Positions 1 through 10,773 of a stretch of 64,000 nt of DNA are shown here, piece after piece. The number at the start of each line of letters is the position of its first letter. Positions within the stretch are counted from its first letter, which is position 1. This DNA is from Mayamaea pseudoterrestris. Its lineage: Eukaryota. The stretch is from positions 868,001-932,000 of the forward strand of contig BROI01000011.1 of the NCBI GenBank assembly GCA_027923505.1, given 5' to 3'. Under the pieces are notes generated by a model. That model was not told the DNA's origin. It saw only the letters and a list, made by a program, of their open reading frames with translations, and did no database searches. Made by a program: the position numbers and the translations under genes.

Positions 1-3000
1 CTTGTAGCGCAGCCTGAATAATGATGTTGGCACCATTCTGGTGTAATTTGGGCACCTACAGGGCTTGCTGTAGGGGCGTTTGAATGTCATGGCATCTGCG
101 GGCTGAGACTGGTGACAAGTTGTCACCAAATACATTGCCATCCCCTGAGACACCAGCCAAGCCTACCATCTTGTAGTGCAGCCTGAAAAATGATGTTGGC
201 ACCATTCTGGTGTAATTTGGGCACCTACAGGGCTTGCTGTAGGGGCGTTTGAATGTCATGGCATCTGCGGGCTGAGACTGGTGACAAGTTGTCACCAAAT
301 ACATTGCCATCCCCTGAGACACCAGCCAAGCCTACCATCTTGTAGCGCAGCCGGAAAAATGATGTTGGCACCATTCTGGTGTAATTTGGGCACCTACAGG
401 GCTTGCTGTAGGGGCGTTTGAATGTCATGGCATCTGCGGGCTGAGACTGGTGACAAGTTGTCACCAAATACATTGCCATCCCCTGAGACACCAGCCAAGC
501 CTACCATGTTGTAGCGCAGCCTGAAAAATGATGTTGGCACCATTCTGGTGTAATTTGGGCACCTACAGGGCTTGCTGTAGGGGCGTTTGAATGTCATGGC
601 ATCTGCGGGCTGAGACTGGTGACAAGTTGTCACCAAATACATTGCCATCCCCTGAGACACCAGCCAAGCCTACCATCTTGTAGCGCAGCCTGAATAATGA
701 TGTTGGCACCATTCTGGTGTAATTTGGGCACCTACAGGGCTTGCTGTAGGGGCGTTTGAATGTCATGGCATCTGCGGGCTGAGACTGGTGACAAGTTGTC
801 ACCAAATACATTGCCATCCCCTGAGACACCAGCCAAGCCTACCATCTTGTAGCGCAGCTGGAATAACGATGTTGGCACCATTCTGGTGTAATTTGGGCAC
901 CTACAGGGCTTGCTGTAGGGGCGTTTGAATGTCATGGCATCTGCGGGCTGAGACTGGTGACAAGTTGTCACCAAATACATTGCCATCCCCTGAGACACCA
1001 GCCAAGCCTACCATGTTGTAGTGCAGCCTGAAAAATGATGTTGGCACCATTCTGGTGTAATTTGGGCACCTACAGGGCTTGCTGTAGGGGCGTTTGAATG
1101 TCATGGCATCTCGGGCTGAGACTGGTGACAAGTTGTCACCAAATACATTGCCATCCCCTGAGACACCAGCCAAGCCTACCATCTTGTAGCGCAGCCTGAA
1201 TAATGATGTTGGCACCATTCTGGTGTAATTTGGGCACCTACAGGGCTTGCTGTAGGGGCGTTTGAATGTCATGGCATCTAGGGCGCCAAAGGCTCGGCTG
1301 AGACTGGTGACAAGTTGTCACCAAATACATTGCCATCCCCTGAGACACCAGCCAAGCCTACCATCTTGTAGTGCAGCCGGAATAATGATGTTGGCACCAT
1401 TCTGGTGTAATTTGGGCACCTACAGGGCTTGCTGTAGGGGCGTTTGAATGTCATGGCATCTGCGGGCTGAGACTGGTGACAAGTTGTCACCAAATACATT
1501 GCCATCCCCTGAGACACCAGCCAAGCCTACCATCTTGTAGCGCAGCCTGAATAATGATGTTGGCACCATTCTGGTGTAATTTGGGCACCTACAGGGCTTG
1601 CTGTAGGGGCGTTTGAATGTCATGGCATCTGCGGGCTGAGACTGGTGACAAGTTGTCACCAAATACATTGCCATCCCCTGAGACACCAGCCAAGCCTACC
1701 ATGTTGTAGTGCAGCCTGAATAATGATGTTGGCACCATTCTGGTGTAATTTGGGCACCTACAGGGCTTGCTGTAGGGGCGTTTGAATGTCATGGCATCTG
1801 TGTGCTGAGACTGGTGACAAGTTGTCACCAAATACATTGCCATCCCCTGAGACACCAGTCAAGCTACCATGTTGTAGTGCAGCCTGAAAAATGATGTTGG
1901 CACCATTCTGGTGTAATTTGGGCACCTACAGGGCTTGCTGTAGGGGCGTTTGAATGTCATGGCATCTGCGGGCTGAGACTGGTGACAAGTTGTCACCAAA
2001 TACATTGCCATCCCCTGAGACACCAGCCAAGCCTACCATCTTGTAGTGCAGCCTGAAAAATGATGTTGGCACCATTCTGGTGTAATTTGGGCACCTACAG
2101 GGCTTGCCGTAGGGCGGAGACGAGGTTTGGCACGCGGGCTGAGACTGGTGACAAGTTGTCACCAAATACATTGCCATCCCCTGAGACACCAGCCAAGCCT
2201 ACCATGTTGTAGCGCAGCCTGAAGAATGATGTTGGCACCATTCTGGTGTAATTTGGGCACCTACAGGGCTTGCTGTAGGGGCGTTTGAATGTCATGGCAT
2301 CTGCGGGCTGAGACTGGTGACAAGTTGTCACCAAATACATTGCCATCCCCTGAGACACCAGCCAAGCCTACCATGTTGTAGTGCAGCCTGAATAATGATG
2401 TTGGCACCATTCTGGTGTAATTTGGGCACCTACAGGGCTTGCTGTAGGGGCGTTTGAATGTCATGGCATCTGCGGGCTGAGACTGGTGACAAGTTGTCAC
2501 CAAATACATTGCCATCCCCTGAGACACCAGCCAAGCCTACCATCTTGTAGCGCAGCCTGAATAATGATGTTGGCACCATTCTGGTGTAATTTGGGCACCT
2601 ACAGGGCTTGCTGTAGGGGCGTTTGAATGTCATGGCATCTGCGGGCTGAGACTGGTGACAAGTTGTCACCAAATACATTGCCATCCCCTGAGACACCAGC
2701 CAAGCCTACCATGTTGTAGCGCAGCCTGAATAATGATGTTGGCACCATTCTGGTGTAATTTGGGCACCTACAGGGCTTGCTGTAGGGGCGTTTGAATGTC
2801 ATGGCATCTGCGGGCTGAGACTGGTGACAAGTTGTCACCAAATACATTGCCATCCCCTGAGACACCAGCCAAGCCTACCATCTTGTAGCGCAGCCTGAAT
2901 AATGATGTTGGCACCATTCTGGTGTAATTTGGGCACCTACAGGGCTTGCTGTAGGGGCGTTTGAATGTCATGGCATCTGCGGGCTGAGACTGGTGACAAG

Positions 3001-6000
3001 TTGTCACCAAATACATTGCCATCCCCTGAGACACCAGCCAAGCCAACCATGTTGTAGTGCAGCCTGAAAAATGATGTTGGCACCATTCTGGTGTAATTTG
3101 GGCACCTACAGGGCTTGCTGTAGGGGCGTTTGAATGTCATGGCATCTGCGGGCTGAGACTGGTGACAAGTTGTCACCAAATACATTGCCATCCCCTGAGA
3201 CACCATCCAAGCTAACCATCTTGTAGTGCAGTCTAAATAATGATGTTGGCACCATTCTGGTGTAATTTGGGCACCTACAGGGCTTGCTGTAGGGGCGTTT
3301 AAATGTCATGGCATCTGCGGGCTGAGACTGGTGACAAGTTGTCACCAAATACATTGCCATCCCCTGAGACACCAGCCAAGCCTACCATGTTGTAGTGCAG
3401 CCTGAAAAATGATGTTGGCACCATTCTGGTGTAATTTGGGCACCTACAGGGCTTGCTGTAGGGGCGTTTGAATGTCATGGCATCTGCGGGCTGAGACTGG
3501 TGACAAGTTGTCACCAAATACATTGCCATCCCCTGAGACACCAGCCAAGCCTACCATCTTGTAGCGCAGCCTGAATAATGATGTTGGCACCATTCTGGTG
3601 TAATTTGAGCACCTACAGGGCTTGCTGTAGGGGCGTTTGAATGTCATGGCATCTGCGGGCTGAGACTGGTGACAAGTTGTCACCAAATACATTGCCATCC
3701 CCTGAGACACCAGCCAAGCCTACCATGTTGTAGTGCAGCCTGAAAAATGATGTTGGCACCATTCTGGTGTAATTTGGGCACCTACAGGGCTTGCTGTAGG
3801 GGCGTTTGAATGTCATGGCATCTGCGGGCTGAGACTGGTGACAAGTTGTCACCAAATACATTGCCATCCCCTGATACACCAGCCAAGCCTACTAGGTTGT
3901 AGTACAGCCTGAAAAATGATGTTGGCACCATTCTGGTGTAATTTGGGCACCTACAGGGCTTGCTGTTGGGGCGTTTGAATGTCATGGCATCTGCGGGCTG
4001 AGACTGGTGACAAGTTGTCACCAAATACATTGCCATCCCCTGAGACACCAGCCAAGCCTACCATCTTGTAGTGCAGCCTGACAGCCTGAATAATGATGTT
4101 GGCACCATTCTGGTGTAATTTGGGCACCTACAGGGCTTGCTGTAGGGGCGTTTGAATGTCATGGCATCTGCGGGCTGAGACTGGTGACAAGTTGTCACCA
4201 AATACATTGCCATCCCCTGAGACACCAGCCAAGCCTACCATGTTGTAGCGCAGCCTGAATAATGATGTTGGCACCATTCTGGTGTAATTTGGGCACCTAC
4301 AGGGCTTGCTGTAGGGGCGTTTGAATGTCATGGCATCTGCGGGCTGAGACTGGTGACAAGTTGTCACCAAATACATTGCCATCCCCTGAGACACCAGCCA
4401 AGCCTACCATCTTGTAGCGCAGCCTGAATAATGATGTTGGCACCATTCTGGTGTAATTTGGGCACCTACAGGGCTTGCTGTAGGGGCGTTTGAATGTCAT
4501 GGCATCTGCGGGCTGAGACTGGTGACAAGTTGTCACCAAATACATTGCCATCCCCTGAGACACCAGCCAAGCCAACCATGTTGTAGTGCAGCCTGAAAAA
4601 TGATGTTGGCACCATTCTGGTGTAATTTGGGCACCTACAGGGCTTGCTGTAGGGGCGTTTGAATGTCATGGCATCTGCGGGCTGAGACTGGTGACAAGTT
4701 GTCACCAAATACATTGCCATCCCCTGAGACACCATCCAAGCTAACCATCTTGTAGTGCAGTCTAAATAATGATGTTGGCACCATTCTGGTGTAATTTGGG
4801 CACCTACAGGGCTTGCTGTAGGGGCGTTTAAATGTCATGGCATCTGCGGGCTGAGACTGGTGACAAGTTGTCACCAAATACATTGCCATCCCCTGAGACA
4901 CCAGCCAAGCCTACCATGTTGTAGTGCAGCCTGAAAAATGATGTTGGCACCATTCTGGTGTAATTTGGGCACCTACAGGGCTTGCTGTAGGGGCGTTTGA
5001 ATGTCATGGCATCTGCGGGCTGAGACTGGTGACAAGTTGTCACCAAATACATTGCCATCCCCTGAGACACCAGCCAAGCCTACCATCTTGTAGCGCAGCC
5101 TGAATAATGATGTTGGCACCATTCTGGTGTAATTTGAGCACCTACAGGGCTTGCTGTAGGGGCGTTTGAATGTCATGGCATCTGCGGGCTGAGACTGGTG
5201 ACAAGTTGTCACCAAATACATTGCCATCCCCTGAGACACCAGCCAAGCCTACCATGTTGTAGTGCAGCCTGAAAAATGATGTTGGCACCATTCTGGTGTA
5301 ATTTGGGCACCTACAGGGCTTGCTGTAGGGGCGTTTGAATGTCATGGCATCTGCGGGCTGAGACTGGTGACAAGTTGTCACCAAATACATTGCCATCCCC
5401 TGATACACCAGCCAAGCCTACTAGGTTGTAGTACAGCCTGAAAAATGATGTTGGCACCATTCTGGTGTAATTTGGGCACCTACAGGGCTTGCTGTTGGGG
5501 CGTTTGAATGTCATGGCATCTGCGGGCTGAGACTGGTGACAAGTTGTCACCAAATACATTGCCATCCCCTGAGACACCAGCCAAGCCTACCATCTTGTAG
5601 TGCAGCCTGAAAAATGATGTTGGCACCATTCTGGTGTAATTTGGGCACCTACAGGGCTTGCTGTAGGGGCGTTTAAATGTCATGGCATCTGCGGGCTGAG
5701 ACTGGTGACAAGTTGTCACCAAATACATTGCCACCCCCTGAGACACCAGCCAAGCCTACCATCTTGTAGCGCAGCTGGAATAATGATGTTGGCACCATTC
5801 TGGTGTAATTTGGGCACCTACAGGGCTTGCTGTAGGGGCGTTTGAATGTCATGGCATCTGCGGGCTGAGACTGGTGACAAGTTGTCACCAAATACATTGC
5901 CATCCCCTGAGACACCAGCCAAGCCTACCATCTTGTAGCGCAGCTGGAATAATGATGTTGGCACCATTCTGGTGTAATTTGGGCACCTACAGGGCTTGCT

Positions 6001-8980
6001 GTAGGGGCGTTTGAATGTCATGGCATCTGCGGGCTGAGACTGGTGACAAGTTGTCACCAAATACATTGCCATCCCCTGAGACACCAGCCAAGCCTACCAT
6101 CTTGTAGCGCAGCCTGAATAACGATGTTGGCACCATTCTGGTGTAATTTGGGCACCTACAGGGCTTGCTGTAGGGGCGTTTGAATGTCATGGCATCTGCG
6201 GGCTGAGACTGGTGACAAGTTGTCACCAAATACATTGCCATCCCCTGAGACACCAGCCAAGCCTACCATCTTGTAGCGCAGCCTGAATAATGATGTTGGC
6301 ACCATTCTGGTGTAATTTGGGCACCTACAGGGCTTGCTGTAGGGGCGTTTGAATGTCATGGCATCTGGGGGCTGAGACTGGTGACAAGTTGTCACCAAAT
6401 ACATTGGAATAATGATGTTGGCACCATTCTGGTGTAATTTGGGCACCTACAGGGCTTGCTGTAGGGGCGTTTGAATGTCATGGCATCTGCGGGCTGAGAC
6501 TGGTGACAAGTTGTCACCAAATACATTGCCATCCCCTGAGACACCAGCCAAGCCTACCATCTTGTAGCGCAGCTGGAATAATGATGTTGGCACCATTCTG
6601 GTGTAATTTGGGCACCTACAGGGCTTGCTGTAGGGGCGTTTGAATGTCATGGCATCTGCGGGCTGAGACTGGTGACAAGTTGTCACCAAATACATTGCCA
6701 TCCCCTGAGACACCAGCCAAGCCTACCATCTTGTAGCGCAGCCTGAATAACGATGTTGGCACCATTCTGGTGTAATTTGGGCACCTACAGGGCTTGCTGT
6801 AGGGGCGTTTGAATGTCATGGCATCTGCGGGCTGAGACTGGTGACAAGTTGTCACCAAATACATTGCCATCCCCTGAGACACCAGCCAAGCCTACCATCT
6901 TGTAGCGCAGCCTGAATAATGATGTTGGCACCATTCTGGTGTAATTTGGGCACCTACAGGGCTTGCTGTAGGGGCGTTTGAATGTCATGGCATCTGGGGG
7001 CTGAGACTGGTGACAAGTTGTCACCAAATACATTGCCATCCCCTGAGACACCAGCCAAGCCTACCATCTTGTAGCGCAGCCTGAATAATGATGTTGGCAC
7101 CATTCTGGTGTAATTTGGGCACCTACAGGGCTTGCTGTAGGGGCGTTTGAATGTCATGGCATCTGCGGGCTGAGACTGGTGACAAGTTGTCACCAAATAC
7201 ATTGCCATCCCCTGACAGACCAGCCAAGCCTACCATCTTGTAGCGCAGCCGGAATAACGATGTTGGCACCATTCTGGTGTAATTTGGGCACCTACAGGGC
7301 TTGCTGTAGGGGCGTTTGAATGTCATGGCATCTGCGGGCTGAGACTGGTGACAAGTTGTCACCAAATACATTGCCATCCCCTGAGACACCAGCCAAGCCT
7401 ACCATCTTGTAGTGCAGCCTGAATAATGATGTTGGCACCATTCTGGTGTAATTTGGGCACCTACAGAGCCTGCTGTAGGGGCGTTTGAGAGTCATGGCAT
7501 CTGCGGGCTGAGACTGGTGACAAGTTGTCACCAAATACATTGCCATTCCCTGAGACACCAGCCAAGCCTACCATCTTGTAATGCAGCCCGAAAAATGATG
7601 TTGGCACCATTCTGGTGTAATTTGGGCACCTACAGGGCTTGCTGTAGGGGCGTTTGAATGTCATGGCATCTGCGGGCTGAGACTGGTGACAAGTTGTCAC
7701 CAAATACATTGCCATCCCCTGAGACACCAGCCAAGCCTACCATGATGTAGTGCAGCCTGAATAATGATGTTGCCACCATTCTGGTGTAATTTGGGCACCT
7801 ACAGGGCTTGCTGTAGGGGCGTTTGAATGTCATGGCATCTGCGGGCTGAGACTGGTGACAAGTTGTCACCAAATACATTGCCATCCCCTGAGACACCAGC
7901 CAAGCCTACCATGATGTAGTGCAGCCTGAATAATGATGTTGCCACCATTCTGGTGTAATTTGGGCACCTACAGGGCTTGCTGTAGGGGCGTTTGAATGTC
8001 ATGGCATCTGCGGGCTGAGACTGGTGACAAGTTGTCACCAAATACATTGCCATCCCCTGAGACACCAGCCAAGCCTACCATCTTGTAGTGCAGCCTGAAT
8101 AATGATGTTGGCACCATTCTGGTGTAATTTGGGCACCTACAGGGCTTGCTGTAGGGGCGTTTGAATGTCATGGCATCTGCGGGCTGAGACTGGTGACAAG
8201 TTGTCACCAAATACATTGCCATCCCCTGAGACACCAGCCAAGCCTACCATCTTGTAGCGCAGCCTGAATAATGATGTTGGCACCATTCTGGTGTAATTTG
8301 GGCACCTACAGGGCTTGCTGTAGGGGCGTTTGAATGTCATGGCATCTGCGGGCTGAGACTGGTGACAAGTTGTCACCAAATACATTGCCACCCCCTGAGA
8401 CACCAGCCAAGCCTACCATCTTGTAGCGCAGCCTGAATTATGATGTTGGCACCATTCTGGTGTAATTTGGGCACCTACAAGGCTTGCTGTAGGGGCGTTT
8501 GAATGTCACGGCATCTGTGGGCTGAGACTGGTGACAAGTTGTCACCAAATACATTGCCATCCCCTGAGACACCAGCCAAGCCTACCATCTTGTAGTGCAG
8601 CCTGAATAATGATGTTGGCATGATTCTGGTGTATTTTGGGCACCTACAGGGCCTGATGAAAGGGCGTTTGAATGTCATGGCATCTGCGGGCTGAGACTGG
8701 TGACAAGTTGTCACCAAATACATTGCCATCCCCTGAGACACCAGCCAAGCCTACCATCTTGTAGCGCAGCCTGAATAATGATGTTGGCACCATTCTGGTG
8801 TAATTTGGGCACCTACAGGGCTTGCTGTTGGGGCGTTTGATTGTCACGGCAAGTGTGGGCTGAGACTGGTGACAAGTTGTCACCAAAGACATTGCCATCC
8901 CCTGAGACACCAGCCAAGCCTGCCATTTTGTAGCGCAGCCGGAATAATGATGTTGGCACCATTCTGATGTGATTTGGGTG
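1..8980. repeat. 169-bp tandem satellite array, ~53 copies visible, open at the left window edge
   Basis: Near-identical unit (…GATGTTGGCACCATTCTGGTGTAATTTGGGCACCTACAGGGCTTGCTGTAGGGGCGTTTGAATGTCATGGCATCTGCGGGCTGAGACTGGTGACAAGTTGTCACCAAATAC…) recurs every 169 bp; ORF track offsets are also 169. The last ~3 copies are more diverged. Confidence 0.99.
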
Positions 8981-9283
8981 TATACATGGCATGTTATCGT
9001 AGAAGGATATATGCATATATCCGGACATGCTTCACGACATTAATGGGTGTAACTTGGTGCGACATGCCGTACTTCTTGGCGTTCATGCAGTCTACTCCAA
9101 TGACCCATAAATGACTGGTGGTTCAGCGACATCATCTACCCGGGCCAGTTAATTTAGCATCCTGCGTCTGCTGGTTGGTAATGTTTATGCGCGCGTAGCG
9201 CGCAAAAGTAGTCGTTGCAGACATTGTAAAAGCATTGATCCTTCCACCTCCCGCCCCGCGAATGTGTTCTGGGCCATTTTTTG

Positions 9284-9310
9284 ATGTCACGGCATCTGCG
9301 GGCTGAGACT
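9284..9310 (+). repeat. Isolated fragment of the 169-bp unit
   Basis: ATGTCACGGCATCTGCGGGCTGAGACT matches the monomer with one C/T difference, ~300 bp beyond the array end. Confidence 0.85.
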
Positions 9311-9601
9311 ACCTGCATCCACAATACCTGATGCAACACCTGACGCAACAGCCCATGGCGTCGCACACGCAATCGGGCGTCACTGTTCGTTTACGACTGG
9401 TTTTCAAGAGGTACGATTCGCATTGGAAACGGTATGCAATCTTGGATCTTGGGCCTGCAAGTTGCTTGCAATCTTCGAAACTCACTATCAACACTGCTGA
9501 ACAAGGGCCTTACTCAACACCAGTAGCTAAATCATACAACTGTAAGTGCTTATATTTAAATATTGATCCGTACTATACCGGTAGTTTGTGTCCAGTTTGT
9601 T

Positions 9602-10291
9602 TCATGGCTTGCATGGAGCGTCTTCATCCTCGGCACCTTCATCGATCATTGGCAACAGCGACTTGAAGGACGCTCCGAAGGACGAAAATGATTCGTCCGA
9701 CGCCTTGCACAAAGAAGCATATTCCCGACCCAGTCGCCGCGCCTGGACGTACACCTCGCTCTTTTCCTTAACTTGGCAATTGCGATAAAGATCCAACACC
9801 CTTGCCAATAGCGTAGCAGCCTTCTTGTAACTTCCTGTTTCACCGTAGCAAATGCTCAATCGGTGCAACGTTAAAGCAAACAGCACTCGCGGAATGATGT
9901 CTTGCGCAGCTGCACCAATCCATGCCGCTCTCAAGTAAGATTGAATGGCAGCGTCGTAGTTAAAGTGCGTCTGATAAATCTGCCCCGTAAAGTAATGAAC
10001 TTGAAAAACGACCAATGGAGAAAGTTGACGGGTATTGACAAGTTCGGAAAGCAAATCAGCAAGTTGCAAAAGTTCATCGGCGCAATGTCTGGCACCATAC
10101 TCGCGCAACCGACGAGAAAGGTCTCGAGCTTCTCGCTGTGCCGCTGAAACGACCGATGAATGACGAGAACCGTAGTCAAAGGCTGTGACGAGGAATCGTT
10201 CAAGGCCAGCAATGTCAAAGTCAGTGGAGAGTGTTGGCTTCATTGACGGGTCGCGCTGGCGGCGATGGGATGAGTTGGAGTGTTGCATCAA
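9602..10291 (-). CDS. Hypothetical protein with TPR-like helical repeats
   Basis: 229-aa ORF with TPR-like segments (TGQIYQTHFNYDAAIQSYLRA; LSICYGETGSYKKAATLLARVL). Start codon uncertain. Confidence 0.6.
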   Translation of the reverse strand: MMQHSNSSHRRQRDPSMKPTLSTDFDIAGLERFLVTAFDYGSRHSSVVSAAQREARDLSRRLREYGARHCADELLQLADLLSELVNTRQLSPLVVFQVHYFTGQIYQTHFNYDAAIQSYLRAAWIGAAAQDIIPRVLFALTLHRLSICYGETGSYKKAATLLARVLDLYRNCQVKEKSEVYVQARRLGREYASLCKASDESFSSFGASFKSLLPMIDEGAEDEDAPCKP

Positions 10292-10773
10292 GCTTTACGA
10301 ATGTTTGGACTGTCGATTCAATTTTATGCTTGGAGATCTGCAGCGTACGATGTTCGTGGCGTGAAAGAACATCACCGATTCGAGTGACTTGGCAGTTAGG
10401 TTTCGTTTGAGGTATATCCTCATGACGCCAGTCGCGAAGTGCTCAAATGACGCCAGAAGCAAGTGATCGTCCTTGCATGACACGCATGTTGCGCAATGCA
10501 CACGCTATGAATGGTTGATCGTGCGAAAGAGTATTCATGATCATCGAGTCAGCGCCAGTGCCGCACCGTTACTCGTCATCGTCATCGTCATTCTTCTACC
10601 ATGACGACGAACGCGACGCTCGAGTCGCGAGTCAGTTGGACTTAAACAAGAACGGCATTGCATGCCAAGTTTACGATGTTGCAGAGGCTTTACTGATGCC
10701 AATATTGTTATAAATCAAGATGCTTGCGGTCGTCTGTAAAAGAATGCGCAAGAAACCACTTGTCGATGCAATC

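Noticed and set aside
39..95. tRNA/SINE-like or snRNA-like reading of the 169-mer (TGGTGTAATTTGG as A-box or Sm site, GTTTGAAT as B-box)
   Set aside because: The anticodon loop is 6 nt, there is no TTC, variable loop or proper acceptor stem, and no U1/U2/5S hallmark was seen. tRNAscan-SE or Rfam would be needed to revive it.
1..8980. CRISPR-like array (regular palindromic repeats)
   Set aside because: Sequence between the palindromes is itself repeated, so there are no unique spacers. No cas genes are present and the context is eukaryotic. The same applies to the 349-bp array.
56..9028. Dozens of 80-90 aa ORFs (MSQGMAMYLV…)
   Set aside because: Translation artefacts of the 169-bp repeat. 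The unit length is not a multiple of 3, starts are mostly GTG, and no domain is recognisable.
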